Under the pieces are notes generated by a model. It saw only the letters and a program-made list of their open reading frames with translations. It was not told where the DNA came from and searched no databases. From Halanaerobiaceae bacterium (GTDB lineage Bacteria > Bacillota > Halanaerobiia > Halanaerobiales > DTU029): a DNA stretch of 49,419 nt. Positions 18,694-27,871 of this stretch are shown here, one piece after another (position 1 is the stretch's first letter; each line of letters opens with the position of its first letter). The stretch is taken from positions 1 to 49,419 of the forward strand of contig JAAYLO010000162.1 of assembly GCA_012521855.1 (NCBI GenBank), given 5' to 3'. The position numbers and the translations under genes were made by a program.

Positions 18694-20559
18694 TTAATTT
18701 TTTTCTTTTATATCTTTATCCTTTTTCGGGCTGAGAAATATTGTAGCAAGAGGCGGAACATCTATTTTAATGGAAAAAGATCTATTGTGCCAGGGTTTAT
18801 CACAGACCTTGATATTATCAGGGTTTCTAACTCCAGACCCTCCATATCGTTCTTCATCACTATTAAATACTTCTCTATAATAAGTGTTTTCCGGAACCCC
18901 TATCCTGAAGTTCCGGTAAACTACAGGTGTAAAATTAGATAAAACAATCAGATATCTATCCTCAGTAACAGATCTCCTGATAAAAACAAGGATACTCTGT
19001 TCGTTATTGTCAGCATCAATCCATTCAAAACCTTCTGTACGATAATCTGCATCCCATAAGGACGGACTCTTAAGGTAGAAATGATTTAAATCCCTGACAT
19101 ATTCATGAAGCTTTTTGTGCATAGGAAAATCAAGTAAAAACCAGTCAAGCTCCTTCTGGTAATCCCACTCTATAAACTGGCCAAATTCGGCTCCCATAAA
19201 GAGCATCTTCTTCCCCGGATGTGCCATCATATAGGCATACAGGCAGCGGAGCCCGGCGAATTTCTGCCAGTAATCACCAGGCATCTTGTTCAATAAAGAC
19301 TTCTTGCCATGGACCACTTCATCATGAGACAGGGGGAGAACAAAATTTTCTGAATACATATACATAAAGGAAAAAGTCAGTTGATGATGATGATATTTCC
19401 TGTAAACAGGATCCTTTTCAATGTATTCAAGGAGATCATTCATCCACCCCATATTCCATTTAAAGTTAAAACCCAATCCACCCACATCTACTGGATATGT
19501 AACAAGGGGCCAGTTGGTAGAATCCTCTGCGATCATCATTACCCCGGGAAATGATTTGAAGATAATTTTGTTTAAATCCTTCAAAAACTCTATTGCTGCT
19601 TTATTTTCCCTTCCCTTCAGGTAAAGGAGGTTACTGACTGCATCTACCCTTAAACCATCAATATGAAAAATATCAAACCAGTAGTAAGCATTTGATAATA
19701 AGAAACTCAAGACCTCCTTTTTCCCGAAATCAAAATTCAGTGATGACCACTCATTATATGCCAGAGAAGGATCAGCCGGTTCATAAAGGCAGGTCCCATC
19801 AAATTGTGCCAATCCATGATCATCAACACAGAAATGGGAAGGGACCCAGTCAAGAATCACTGCTATTTCATTCTGATGTAAGATATCGACAAAATATTTG
19901 AAATCATCAGGACTGCCGTATCTGCTGGTAACAGAAAAATAACCGGTTGTCTGGTATCCCCAGGAACCGTCAAAAGGATGTTCTGTTATTGGAAGGAGTT
20001 CCAGGTGTGTATAGCCCATTTCTTTCAAATAAACCGCTAATTCATCAGCTAATTGTCTAAAATCAAGAAAATTGCCACTTTTATCTCTCCGCCAGGAGCC
20101 TGGATGAAGTTCATAGATTAGCACCGGTTTATCATAATAAGCCTCTCTTTTTCTCTTTTCCATCCACTTCTCATCATTCCATTGATAGCTATTCAGTGGA
20201 TACACCCTGGAGGCAGTTCCGGGTCTTAACTCGGAGTAAAAGGCATAGGGATCAGCTTTATATATAAGCTTCCCCGTTCCCGTATATATCTGGTATTTAT
20301 ACAATTCCCCCTTTCCTATACCTGGAACAAATGTCGTCCATATAGCAGAATTTTTTATCTTCTCCATAGGATTTAAGTCACCCTGCCAGTTATTAAAATC
20401 CCCTGCCAGATTGACCTTTCTGGCACCAGGTGCCCAGACAGAAAATCTTACACCTTCAACACCTCCCTCTTTACATATATGAGCCCCCAGCCCTGAATAT
20501 GTTTTATAATTCCTCCCTTCATGAAATAAATAAATAAAATCTTCATCAATAATACTCAT
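18694..20559 (-). CDS. glgB: 1,4-alpha-glucan branching enzyme
   Basis: CBM48 plus GH13 regions [17 protein letters not shown] and IAEDST. I prefer the ATG at 20559 (GGGGAGGGG RBS) over the 20619 start. Confidence 0.93.
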   Translation of the reverse strand: MSIIDEDFIYLFHEGRNYKTYSGLGAHICKEGGVEGVRFSVWAPGARKVNLAGDFNNWQGDLNPMEKIKNSAIWTTFVPGIGKGELYKYQIYTGTGKLIYKADPYAFYSELRPGTASRVYPLNSYQWNDEKWMEKRKREAYYDKPVLIYELHPGSWRRDKSGNFLDFRQLADELAVYLKEMGYTHLELLPITEHPFDGSWGYQTTGYFSVTSRYGSPDDFKYFVDILHQNEIAVILDWVPSHFCVDDHGLAQFDGTCLYEPADPSLAYNEWSSLNFDFGKKEVLSFLLSNAYYWFDIFHIDGLRVDAVSNLLYLKGRENKAAIEFLKDLNKIIFKSFPGVMMIAEDSTNWPLVTYPVDVGGLGFNFKWNMGWMNDLLEYIEKDPVYRKYHHHQLTFSFMYMYSENFVLPLSHDEVVHGKKSLLNKMPGDYWQKFAGLRCLYAYMMAHPGKKMLFMGAEFGQFIEWDYQKELDWFLLDFPMHKKLHEYVRDLNHFYLKSPSLWDADYRTEGFEWIDADNNEQSILVFIRRSVTEDRYLIVLSNFTPVVYRNFRIGVPENTYYREVFNSDEERYGGSGVRNPDNIKVCDKPWHNRSFSIKIDVPPLATIFLSPKKDKDIKEKN

Positions 20560-20808
20560 CTTACCCCTCCCCTGAAACAATGTATATTTTGTCTCCGGCT
20601 TTTTAATTACAACTACCATCTATAATATGAGCGGGGGTCTAAAATAATTCGTCTTTTTAAAAAATAACAGCTGATTTTTAAAGATGGTTATCCAGAATTG
20701 GGGTTTAAGTTATAGAAATGCTGATACTTTTTTGAAAAGAATGTAATACATTTTGAAGAAAATATTAACAATTTGCGGGAACTAAAAATTGAAATGCCCT
20801 GGAGATAA

Positions 20809-21141
20809 TTATTTATCTTCCAGGACATGCTGGAGGCCCTGACTGAATAGACACAGAACATGATCATCGTCAAGGGAATAAAAAACAGAGCGGCCTTCTT
20901 TACGGAACTTGACCAATTTATGGGCCCTTAAGATACGGAGCTGATGTGATATAGCAGAAAGGCTCATGCCGAGTTGTTCTGACAGGTCACAGACACAGAG
21001 TTCTTCTTTGCTTAAGGTATACAGAATCTTTATTCTGGTAGGATCACCAATAGTCTTGAATAATTCTGCCAGATCAAAAACAATATTTTCTTCCAGTTCA
21101 TCCCCTCCCAATATATCAGTATTTATTTCTCCTCCACTCAT
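20809..21141 (-). CDS. ArsR/SmtB-family metal-sensing repressor (CzrA/SmtB-like)
   Basis: An HTH (LSAISHQLRILR), an alpha3 ELCVCDL motif and a complete alpha5 DxH-x10-H-x2-E site (DDHVLCLFSQGLQHVLE). The ATG at 21141 has an AGGAG RBS. Confidence 0.88.
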   Translation of the reverse strand: MSGGEINTDILGGDELEENIVFDLAELFKTIGDPTRIKILYTLSKEELCVCDLSEQLGMSLSAISHQLRILRAHKLVKFRKEGRSVFYSLDDDHVLCLFSQGLQHVLEDK

Positions 21142-21182
21142 AACAAAAACTCCTTTCCATGATCCTCTAATCCCTGATATTT

Positions 21183-22094
21183 CTAATAATCGCAATCTAT
21201 ACAAATACAATCTTCGCCGGGAAAATCGATTTCAACGGTAATGTGGCTGATTCCCATTTCCCGGCCTGATTCCCTGATCCTGTTTTTCAAATTTATGATA
21301 TCACTCTGTTTCAGGTCTTTATTAACAACAATATGTGTAGAAAGCAGGTGTTTCTCTCCATCAAGTGACCAGATATGGGTGTGATGAACATCAATAACAT
21401 CTTTTAAGCCCCTGAATTTCCCTTCAATATCTTCAATAGCAAAACCTTCCGGTACCCGTTGCAGAAAAATATTTGCTATCCTCCTGATATTTTTACTTAC
21501 ATTAAAAAGAATATATATAGTGATGATGACAGACAGCAAAGGATCAAGTATATACAGATCTACAAAAAGCAAAACTATACTGACAATCAATACCGCCAGC
21601 CAGCCTAATATATCTTCTATTAAGTGCCATGATACTACTTCTTCATTAATTGAATTCCCTCTTCTAAGACGTAAAACAGCTATCCCGTTTACCGTTATCC
21701 CCAACAGGGAAAATACTACCATCCCCAGTTCATTAACAGGCTCAGGCGCAAATATTCTGGGTACTGCCTGAATGAGTATCAAGATAGAGCCGGTGATAAG
21801 TACAAAACTATTGATAAAGGCAGCCAGTAATGAAAAACGGGAATAACCAAAAGAATACTCGTCATCCGCCTCTTTTTTCGAGTATTTTTCCAGAACAAAA
21901 GCCAATCCCAGAGAAATCGAGTCCCCCAGATCATGTAGGGCATCTGATAATATGGCAGAACTATTTATCCATATTCCTCCAATGATCTCCAGTATGGCAA
22001 AGGAAAAGTTTAGAAAAAAAGCTGTCTTTATATTATCAGTACTCCCATCATGGTGATGATGGTGGTGCTGATGCTGTTTATCGTTATGTGCCAA
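21183..22094 (-). CDS. czcD: cation diffusion facilitator Zn/Co/Cd exporter (CzcD/ZitB-like)
   Basis: His-rich N-terminus (HQHHHHHHDGS), six TM segments with HDLGD and HLIED metal sites, and a C-terminal cytoplasmic domain. TTG start with an AAGGAGAG RBS. Confidence 0.88.
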   Translation of the reverse strand: MAHNDKQHQHHHHHHDGSTDNIKTAFFLNFSFAILEIIGGIWINSSAILSDALHDLGDSISLGLAFVLEKYSKKEADDEYSFGYSRFSLLAAFINSFVLITGSILILIQAVPRIFAPEPVNELGMVVFSLLGITVNGIAVLRLRRGNSINEEVVSWHLIEDILGWLAVLIVSIVLLFVDLYILDPLLSVIITIYILFNVSKNIRRIANIFLQRVPEGFAIEDIEGKFRGLKDVIDVHHTHIWSLDGEKHLLSTHIVVNKDLKQSDIINLKNRIRESGREMGISHITVEIDFPGEDCICIDCDY

Positions 22095-22140
22095 CTAAAT
22101 CTCTCCTTTGTCTTTTTTTAATCTTTTTGTTTTTATATCT

Positions 22141-22166
22141 TATAATTGAACAATTATTCATATATT
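22141..22166. promoter_or_regulatory. ArsR/SmtB-type 12-2-12 operator upstream of the CDF gene
   Basis: TATAATTGAACA-at-TATTCATATATT, with the core TGAACAatTATTCA at 22147..22160. It resembles the TGAACA-N2-TATTCA core I recall for SmtB/CzrA operators. Confidence 0.55.
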
Positions 22167-22185
22167 AAGTATATTATAATACAGA

Positions 22186-22467
22186 TCAGCTCCTTATGCA
22201 AGTCCTTCTTCTCATCTGGTTTCTTCTATTTCTATCGGCCAGTCTCTCTTCACCGCGGAATACTGTTTCACCGGGACTCAGGTTGGGAAATTCCCTGACC
22301 TGTGGATTAAGATCCAGAAATGTTTCATAGACTTCCAGCTCTACTATAGATTCTGTGGCCAGGTCTTCAAAGACCTCTGCTATTAGGCGCCTATTTCCAT
22401 TGATCCTTTTAAAGCCCGGAAAACGTGTCTGCCACGATATCGGCCCGCCTCTTCTATTTGTGAGCAT
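22186..22467 (-). CDS. hypothetical 93-aa protein with an Arg-rich C-terminal tail
   Basis: ATG with AGGAGG 8 nt upstream. I recognise no family. Confidence 0.55.
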   Translation of the reverse strand: MLTNRRGGPISWQTRFPGFKRINGNRRLIAEVFEDLATESIVELEVYETFLDLNPQVREFPNLSPGETVFRGEERLADRNRRNQMRRRTCIRS

Positions 22468-22531
22468 ATAGATTTCCTCCTGAAATGTTTTAGTTTATAA
22501 TATGTTCAAAACAACAAATCTGTCAGTCTCA

Positions 22532-24304
22532 TTATTGCAGGATCACACCGCTGAATTCCGGTATCATTACTTTATAGGCATCCTCGTCTTTCCTTAAAAC
22601 TATATCATTGAGGTGATCACAAATTTCATTTTTACAGGAAAACAGATCCCCTTTAAGCCTATATTCCTGGGCCTGTGGACTATTATTGATTATGACAACA
22701 ACACTTTCTCCCTTATATCTGCGTACAAAACCATAAGTGTTCTTTATCTCATCAATTATAAGCGGATGAAAATCACCCCTCCTTAGAGATATAAACCTAT
22801 GGCGTAAGCTGATTAATTTCTTATAATATTTATACAGGTCTGTATCCTGTTCATCTTTATTCCAGACCATACACCTCCGGCAATCCGGATCATTTCCTCC
22901 TGACAATCCGATTTCATCACCATAGTATATCATCGGTGCACCCGGATAGGTAAATTGGAATAGGACTGCCAGTTTCATCAGCTCTTTTTTCCCTGAAAAA
23001 AAATTGATTAATCTCCGGGTGTCATGACTGTCCAGAAGGTTGAGCATACTATAATTTACCCTGTCATGATAGAGCATCCAGTTCCTGACAAGGCGGTTAT
23101 TAAACTCACCCGGCCCGATATTGTTATAGGCCAGAAAATCCAGTACTGCCCCGGCCAGTGGATAATTCATAATTGCATCAAACTGATCACCCTGCAGCCA
23201 CTCTTCGGAATTGTGCCAGACTTCTCCAACTATATAGGCATCAGCCTTTGACTTTTTTACTGTTTCCCGGAATTTACGCCAGAAATTATGGTCAACCTCA
23301 TCTGCCACATCCAGTCTCCATCCATCAATATCTATTTCTTCCAGCCAGTACTGAGCCACTTTAAGAAAATAATCCTGTACTTCTGGGTTTGAAGTATTCA
23401 GTCTGGGCATATCTATAACTCCACTGGCAAAGGTAGAATAATTAGGCGGTACTTGGATTTTTACCGGGTATTCTTTTACAAAAAACCAGTTTCTGTATTT
23501 TGAAGCAGCTCCTTTTTCCAGAAGATCCTGGAAAGCAAAAAAATTTATACCACAATGGTTAAAAACAGCATCCAGAATTACCCTTATTCCCAGTTGATGT
23601 GCTTTTTCTACAAGCCTTTTGATTACTTTTTTGCTGCCAAAGGCCGGGTCAATCCGGTAATAATCATCAATATTATACTTATGGTTACTGGGAGAGAGAA
23701 AAACCGGGGTAAGGTAAAGGGCATTTATCCCCAGTCCTGCTAAATAATCCAATTTTTTAATAATTCCTTCCAGGTCACCGCCAAAAAAAGAATATCTATC
23801 TGGTTTTCCTCCCCATTGCTGAACTCCCTCAGGATCATTATCTTTATTGCCATTATAGAATCTTTCCGGAAATATTTCATAAAAAACAGCACCCTGGACC
23901 CAATCAGGGGCAGAAAAGATATCACCCTCATTTATCACAGGATACTGAAAATACTCACCATATGCAGAGCTGGTCTGGGGTTTCTTATATGTGAATCCCT
24001 TTTCTGTATACCATATTTCGTCAAGGCCATCATTTAAATAAAAATAATACCGGAACCGGTTATCTTCCATCTCAATGGCAGCTGTAAAATAATCAAAGAG
24101 ATCATCTGAAGCAGCCAGGTCCATATTTTTAACAAATGATGGCGGTTTGCCGTCCAACGGATACCTGCTGCCATAGATCACCTTTACATCCTTTAAATCA
24201 CCTCTGGCTGCTTTCAGGCGGAGTTTCAGGGTATTCATATCAATGGGATAAGCATAGGCCCGTCCAGCCATATGAAATATAGCTGCTCTATTCAACAGTA
24301 CCAT
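22532..24304 (-). CDS. cyclomaltodextrinase/neopullulanase/maltogenic amylase (GH13_20-like, cytoplasmic)
   Basis: N-terminal Ig-like domain (IFHMAGRAYAYP...LKLRLKAARGD). GH13 regions DAVFNHCG, GWRLDVADEV, VGEVWH and LLDSHDT. No signal peptide. Confidence 0.9.
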   Translation of the reverse strand: MVLLNRAAIFHMAGRAYAYPIDMNTLKLRLKAARGDLKDVKVIYGSRYPLDGKPPSFVKNMDLAASDDLFDYFTAAIEMEDNRFRYYFYLNDGLDEIWYTEKGFTYKKPQTSSAYGEYFQYPVINEGDIFSAPDWVQGAVFYEIFPERFYNGNKDNDPEGVQQWGGKPDRYSFFGGDLEGIIKKLDYLAGLGINALYLTPVFLSPSNHKYNIDDYYRIDPAFGSKKVIKRLVEKAHQLGIRVILDAVFNHCGINFFAFQDLLEKGAASKYRNWFFVKEYPVKIQVPPNYSTFASGVIDMPRLNTSNPEVQDYFLKVAQYWLEEIDIDGWRLDVADEVDHNFWRKFRETVKKSKADAYIVGEVWHNSEEWLQGDQFDAIMNYPLAGAVLDFLAYNNIGPGEFNNRLVRNWMLYHDRVNYSMLNLLDSHDTRRLINFFSGKKELMKLAVLFQFTYPGAPMIYYGDEIGLSGGNDPDCRRCMVWNKDEQDTDLYKYYKKLISLRHRFISLRRGDFHPLIIDEIKNTYGFVRRYKGESVVVIINNSPQAQEYRLKGDLFSCKNEICDHLNDIVLRKDEDAYKVMIPEFSGVILQ

Positions 24305-24311
24305 CCTTCCT

Positions 24312-25322
24312 TTATACAGTTTCCCTGATAATCATTTCTGTGGGCAGGATTATCTCTTCTCCCTTATAGTTTTCATCATTCAAGATTTTGATCAACATTT
24401 TTGCCGCCTCTTCACCCATTTTAATTATTGGCAATCTTATTGTTGTCAGGGCTGGTTTTATATAGGAAACCATTGGATCATCATTGAAACCGACAACGGC
24501 AATATCTTCAGGCACACTGAAGCCGTAATCCTGTATTGCCCGTAATGCCCCAAGGGCAATCATATCATCAAAGGCGAGTATTGCATCGAATCTCATCTGC
24601 CCGCTTTTCAAATAATTTAAGACTCCCTGATAGGCTTCTTCAAACTTGAAATCATCGATAAACATAATAAGAGGTTCAGTATCAGCAAGCTCATCCAGTG
24701 CCTTCCGGTAACCCTGGGCCCTGTCCTGGCAAAATATATACTCTTCAGGGCCGGACAGGGCAGCAATCTTTTTGTAACCCCTCTCCAGCAAAAATTTCAC
24801 TATATTATAGGTATCCTTAATGTTATCATTATTCACAGTGGGGATGCCTTCCTGTTCAGCACATCTCCCGATCAGGACAAAAGGGAATCTGTATTGGACC
24901 AATTGATTTATCAGCTCATCATTACTCCTTGATGACATTAAAATTACACCATCTACCCTGCGGTTCCTGATCAATTTTATGGTTTCCTCCTGTTCTTCGC
25001 GGTAATCAGCCGTAGAAGATAATAGTAAACTATAATGTTTTTTCTGTGTGACAGCGGCAATGCCCTGTATTATTCCGGAGAAAAAGGGATTGGCAAAAGC
25101 CTCCCGGGTAGGTCTGGCCATAACCAGCCCGATTGTATCAGTCCTCTGAGTGACCAGGCTCCGGGCAATGGCATTATGATGATATCCCAATTCCTTCATG
25201 GTCTTCCGCACAAGCCTTTTGGTCTCTTTACTGATCCGGTGGCTGTCACTGATTACTCTGGAAACCGTCGATGGTGATACACCGGCAGCTTTTGCTACAT
25301 CTTTAATGGTGACATTTTTCAT
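24312..25322 (-). CDS. LacI-family transcriptional repressor (MalR-like)
   Basis: MKNVTIKDVAKAAGVSPSTVSRVIS HTH plus a periplasmic-binding-fold effector domain. ATG at 25322. Confidence 0.9.
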   Translation of the reverse strand: MKNVTIKDVAKAAGVSPSTVSRVISDSHRISKETKRLVRKTMKELGYHHNAIARSLVTQRTDTIGLVMARPTREAFANPFFSGIIQGIAAVTQKKHYSLLLSSTADYREEQEETIKLIRNRRVDGVILMSSRSNDELINQLVQYRFPFVLIGRCAEQEGIPTVNNDNIKDTYNIVKFLLERGYKKIAALSGPEEYIFCQDRAQGYRKALDELADTEPLIMFIDDFKFEEAYQGVLNYLKSGQMRFDAILAFDDMIALGALRAIQDYGFSVPEDIAVVGFNDDPMVSYIKPALTTIRLPIIKMGEEAAKMLIKILNDENYKGEEIILPTEMIIRETV

Positions 25323-25358
25323 AAGCAACCTGCCCTTTCTTAAGATTATGCCCTGTAT

Positions 25359-27722
25359 CTAAACCCCCTTGATGATCCTTATGTTTTCTGCATCAGGATT
25401 TAGTGAAAAGGAAAAACAGTCTTCTTCCTCCTGAAAAGGATACTGCTTATCATCAACATAAACTTCTTTCACAGGGTAATTATTTACCCTGAATATCAAT
25501 TCATTATAATCCTTATATTTTTTGTGCAATTTTTCAATTTTAATCTCCAGTTCATGATCCAGGCTGACTCTGAACTCGTATAAATTATATATGCCTTTTT
25601 CATAATCAAAGCTTTCTCCATCATCACGGTAATGAGTATAGCTAAAGCTACCTGGATACAGGTCCAGTATCAATTCTTCCCTGTCATTGTCATTTATAAA
25701 ACTCATCTCTTTATATTGAGGGATTATACTTCCTTTTCGTATAAAAACAGGGCAGAGTTCCAGCGGGGCTTCCCTGATGATATATTGCCTTCCATCAATG
25801 ACCTCTTTTGTCCAGTAGTCAACCCACTGCCCTTCTGGCAGATATACTGCCCTGGCTGTCTGTCCCTGTTCTACTATAGGGGCTGCCAGGATATTCTCCC
25901 CCAGCAGGAATTGGTCATTCAGTTCATAAGTAGCGGGATCATCCTGGTAGTGCAATACCAGCGGCCTGATAAGAGGCAGCCCGGTTCTCATTCCCTGCCA
26001 GAACAGGTCATAGAAATATGGAAGCAGCCTGTATCGCAGTTTCACATATTTCCTGTATATCTCCTCAGTTTTTTTATCAAAGGCCCAGGGCTCCTGGTCC
26101 CTGGTATAAGTAGCTGAATGATTCCTGAAAAGGGGATAAAAACAACCTGCCTGTACCCAGCGGGATAATAACTCCGCAGTACAGTCAGAGCCAAATCCGC
26201 CAACATCAGTTCCACAGAAGGCCATGCCGCTTAAACCCAGATTCATGAGCATGGGAAGGGATAGGCGCAGATGTTCCCAGAAACTCTGATTATCACCGGT
26301 CCACACAGAAGAATATTTCTGTGCCCCGGCATAACAGGCCCTGGTAATTACAAAAGGTCTCTTTCCGGTATATCTTTTGATCCCTTCTGCAGAGGCTTTT
26401 GCCATCAAAAGACCGTATACATTATGCATTTCCCGGTGGTCAGTAGGAAAACCGTCATTCCCGAACTGGACATCATCCGGAATAGGACCGTCAAAACTGG
26501 CCGGTTCATTCATATCATTCCAGATTCCTGCCACTCCGGTTTCCAGTATTTTCTCCTGTTGCCTGCCCCACCATTCCCTTACTTCTTTCCTGGAAAAATC
26601 CGGATAAAGACTTTCACCAGCCCAGACCCTGTTTACATAGGGAATACCATCTCTATCAGTAATGAAAAAATTATTGTCTAAACCCTCCTCATAAACCGTA
26701 TATCCCTTTTCTTTTTTTATACCGGGATCAATAATGGTAACAACCTTAAAACCCTGTTCCCCCAGTTCTCTTATCATTTTCCTGAAAGCAGGAAATCTGT
26801 TCCTGTCCCAGGTAAAGACACGGTATCCATCCATATAGTCTATGTCCAGGTACAGCACATCACATGGTATATCCCTTTCCCGGAAATTCAGGGCTATTTC
26901 CCGAACCCTCTCCTCTGATTCATAACTGTACCTGGATTGATGATAGCCCAGGGCCCATAATGGGGGTAAAGGGGTCCTTCCGGTAAGATAAGTATATTTT
27001 TCTATAACTTCCTTAATTGAAGGGCCATAGATAAAATAATAATTCAGATTCCCATCATCTACACCATAGTATAGATAATCACTGGATTCCTTTCCTAGAT
27101 CAAAATATGATTTGTAAGTATTATCAAAAAAGAGGCCATAGGCAATCCTGTTTTTCAGAATAATTATAAAGGGGATAGACTTATAAAGGCTCTCAAAATT
27201 CTCTACATGAGGCCTGGGGTCATCGGTATTCCATAATTTATAGCGGTAAAACTTTTTATTTAAGGGCCCTGTTTCTTCTCCCAGGCCATAGATATATTCA
27301 TCACCTGTCAGCTCTTTCAGGATTTCAATTTTGTTTTCCTGAATATCTTCTATAGTTTCATGACCTTCTTCTTCTATCTTTCCGCTATTACCACGCCTGA
27401 GAAACGGGGCCCGCCTGCCCCGGTAATCCCTGCATATTATCCTGCCTTCATTATCGTAAATATCTACTTTAAAATCATCACTGATCATTATCTTTAAGTA
27501 TTCATTTTCTATAATAATACCATCATCTTCCTTTATTTGAAAAGGAATATTGTCCTCTCCTTTCCTGCCTTCAACAGCATGTGAAGACCGTTTCCCGGAA
27601 CTGATGGGAGCAAAAAAATTGATGATAGTCGGTGTGATAAACTCCAGCTCTACGCTCTGCCTGTTGAAATTCAGAATAAGCCCCTTTCCTTTTTCCTGAT
27701 AATTCTGTATTTTTCCAAACAT
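25359..27722 (-). CDS. GH31 alpha-glucosidase
   Basis: 787 aa with GIWNDMNEP (nucleophile region) and WTGDNQS motifs. AGAGGTGATGG RBS. Confidence 0.9.
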   Translation of the reverse strand: MFGKIQNYQEKGKGLILNFNRQSVELEFITPTIINFFAPISSGKRSSHAVEGRKGEDNIPFQIKEDDGIIIENEYLKIMISDDFKVDIYDNEGRIICRDYRGRRAPFLRRGNSGKIEEEGHETIEDIQENKIEILKELTGDEYIYGLGEETGPLNKKFYRYKLWNTDDPRPHVENFESLYKSIPFIIILKNRIAYGLFFDNTYKSYFDLGKESSDYLYYGVDDGNLNYYFIYGPSIKEVIEKYTYLTGRTPLPPLWALGYHQSRYSYESEERVREIALNFRERDIPCDVLYLDIDYMDGYRVFTWDRNRFPAFRKMIRELGEQGFKVVTIIDPGIKKEKGYTVYEEGLDNNFFITDRDGIPYVNRVWAGESLYPDFSRKEVREWWGRQQEKILETGVAGIWNDMNEPASFDGPIPDDVQFGNDGFPTDHREMHNVYGLLMAKASAEGIKRYTGKRPFVITRACYAGAQKYSSVWTGDNQSFWEHLRLSLPMLMNLGLSGMAFCGTDVGGFGSDCTAELLSRWVQAGCFYPLFRNHSATYTRDQEPWAFDKKTEEIYRKYVKLRYRLLPYFYDLFWQGMRTGLPLIRPLVLHYQDDPATYELNDQFLLGENILAAPIVEQGQTARAVYLPEGQWVDYWTKEVIDGRQYIIREAPLELCPVFIRKGSIIPQYKEMSFINDNDREELILDLYPGSFSYTHYRDDGESFDYEKGIYNLYEFRVSLDHELEIKIEKLHKKYKDYNELIFRVNNYPVKEVYVDDKQYPFQEEEDCFSFSLNPDAENIRIIKGV

Positions 27723-27773
27723 ATTTATCCATCACCTCTAATATGTCCTTTCACATATAGACTATTTTTTGAT

Positions 27774-27785
27774 TCAAACGCTTGC
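27774..27785. promoter_or_regulatory. MalR/LacI-type operator TCAAACGCTTGC at the GH31-malR-neopullulanase promoter
   Basis: It is identical to the 12-mer at 37945..37956. It starts a few nt downstream of the -10 hexamer. Confidence 0.6.
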
Positions 27786-27794
27786 TCAACTCCT

Positions 27795-27822
27795 ATTATA
27801 AATTATACAGACTCTATGTAAA
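27795..27822 (-). promoter_or_regulatory. sigma-70 promoter of the GH31 operon
   Basis: Minus strand reads TTTACA, 16 nt, TATAAT (plus tgtaaa 27817..27822 and attata 27795..27800). Confidence 0.6.
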
Positions 27823-27871
27823 ATCCTCCTTTTTTAAAGTATTTTTATACAATAGCTTAAAAAGCATTCTT

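Noticed and set aside
20620-20808. A cre/CcpA site or a MalR-type operator in the glg promoter region, and the 61-aa ORF 20688..20873.
   Set aside because: No TGWAANCGNTNWCA-like or CAAACGnTTGC-like match was seen. The ORF overlaps the ArsR-family gene out of frame and is low-complexity.
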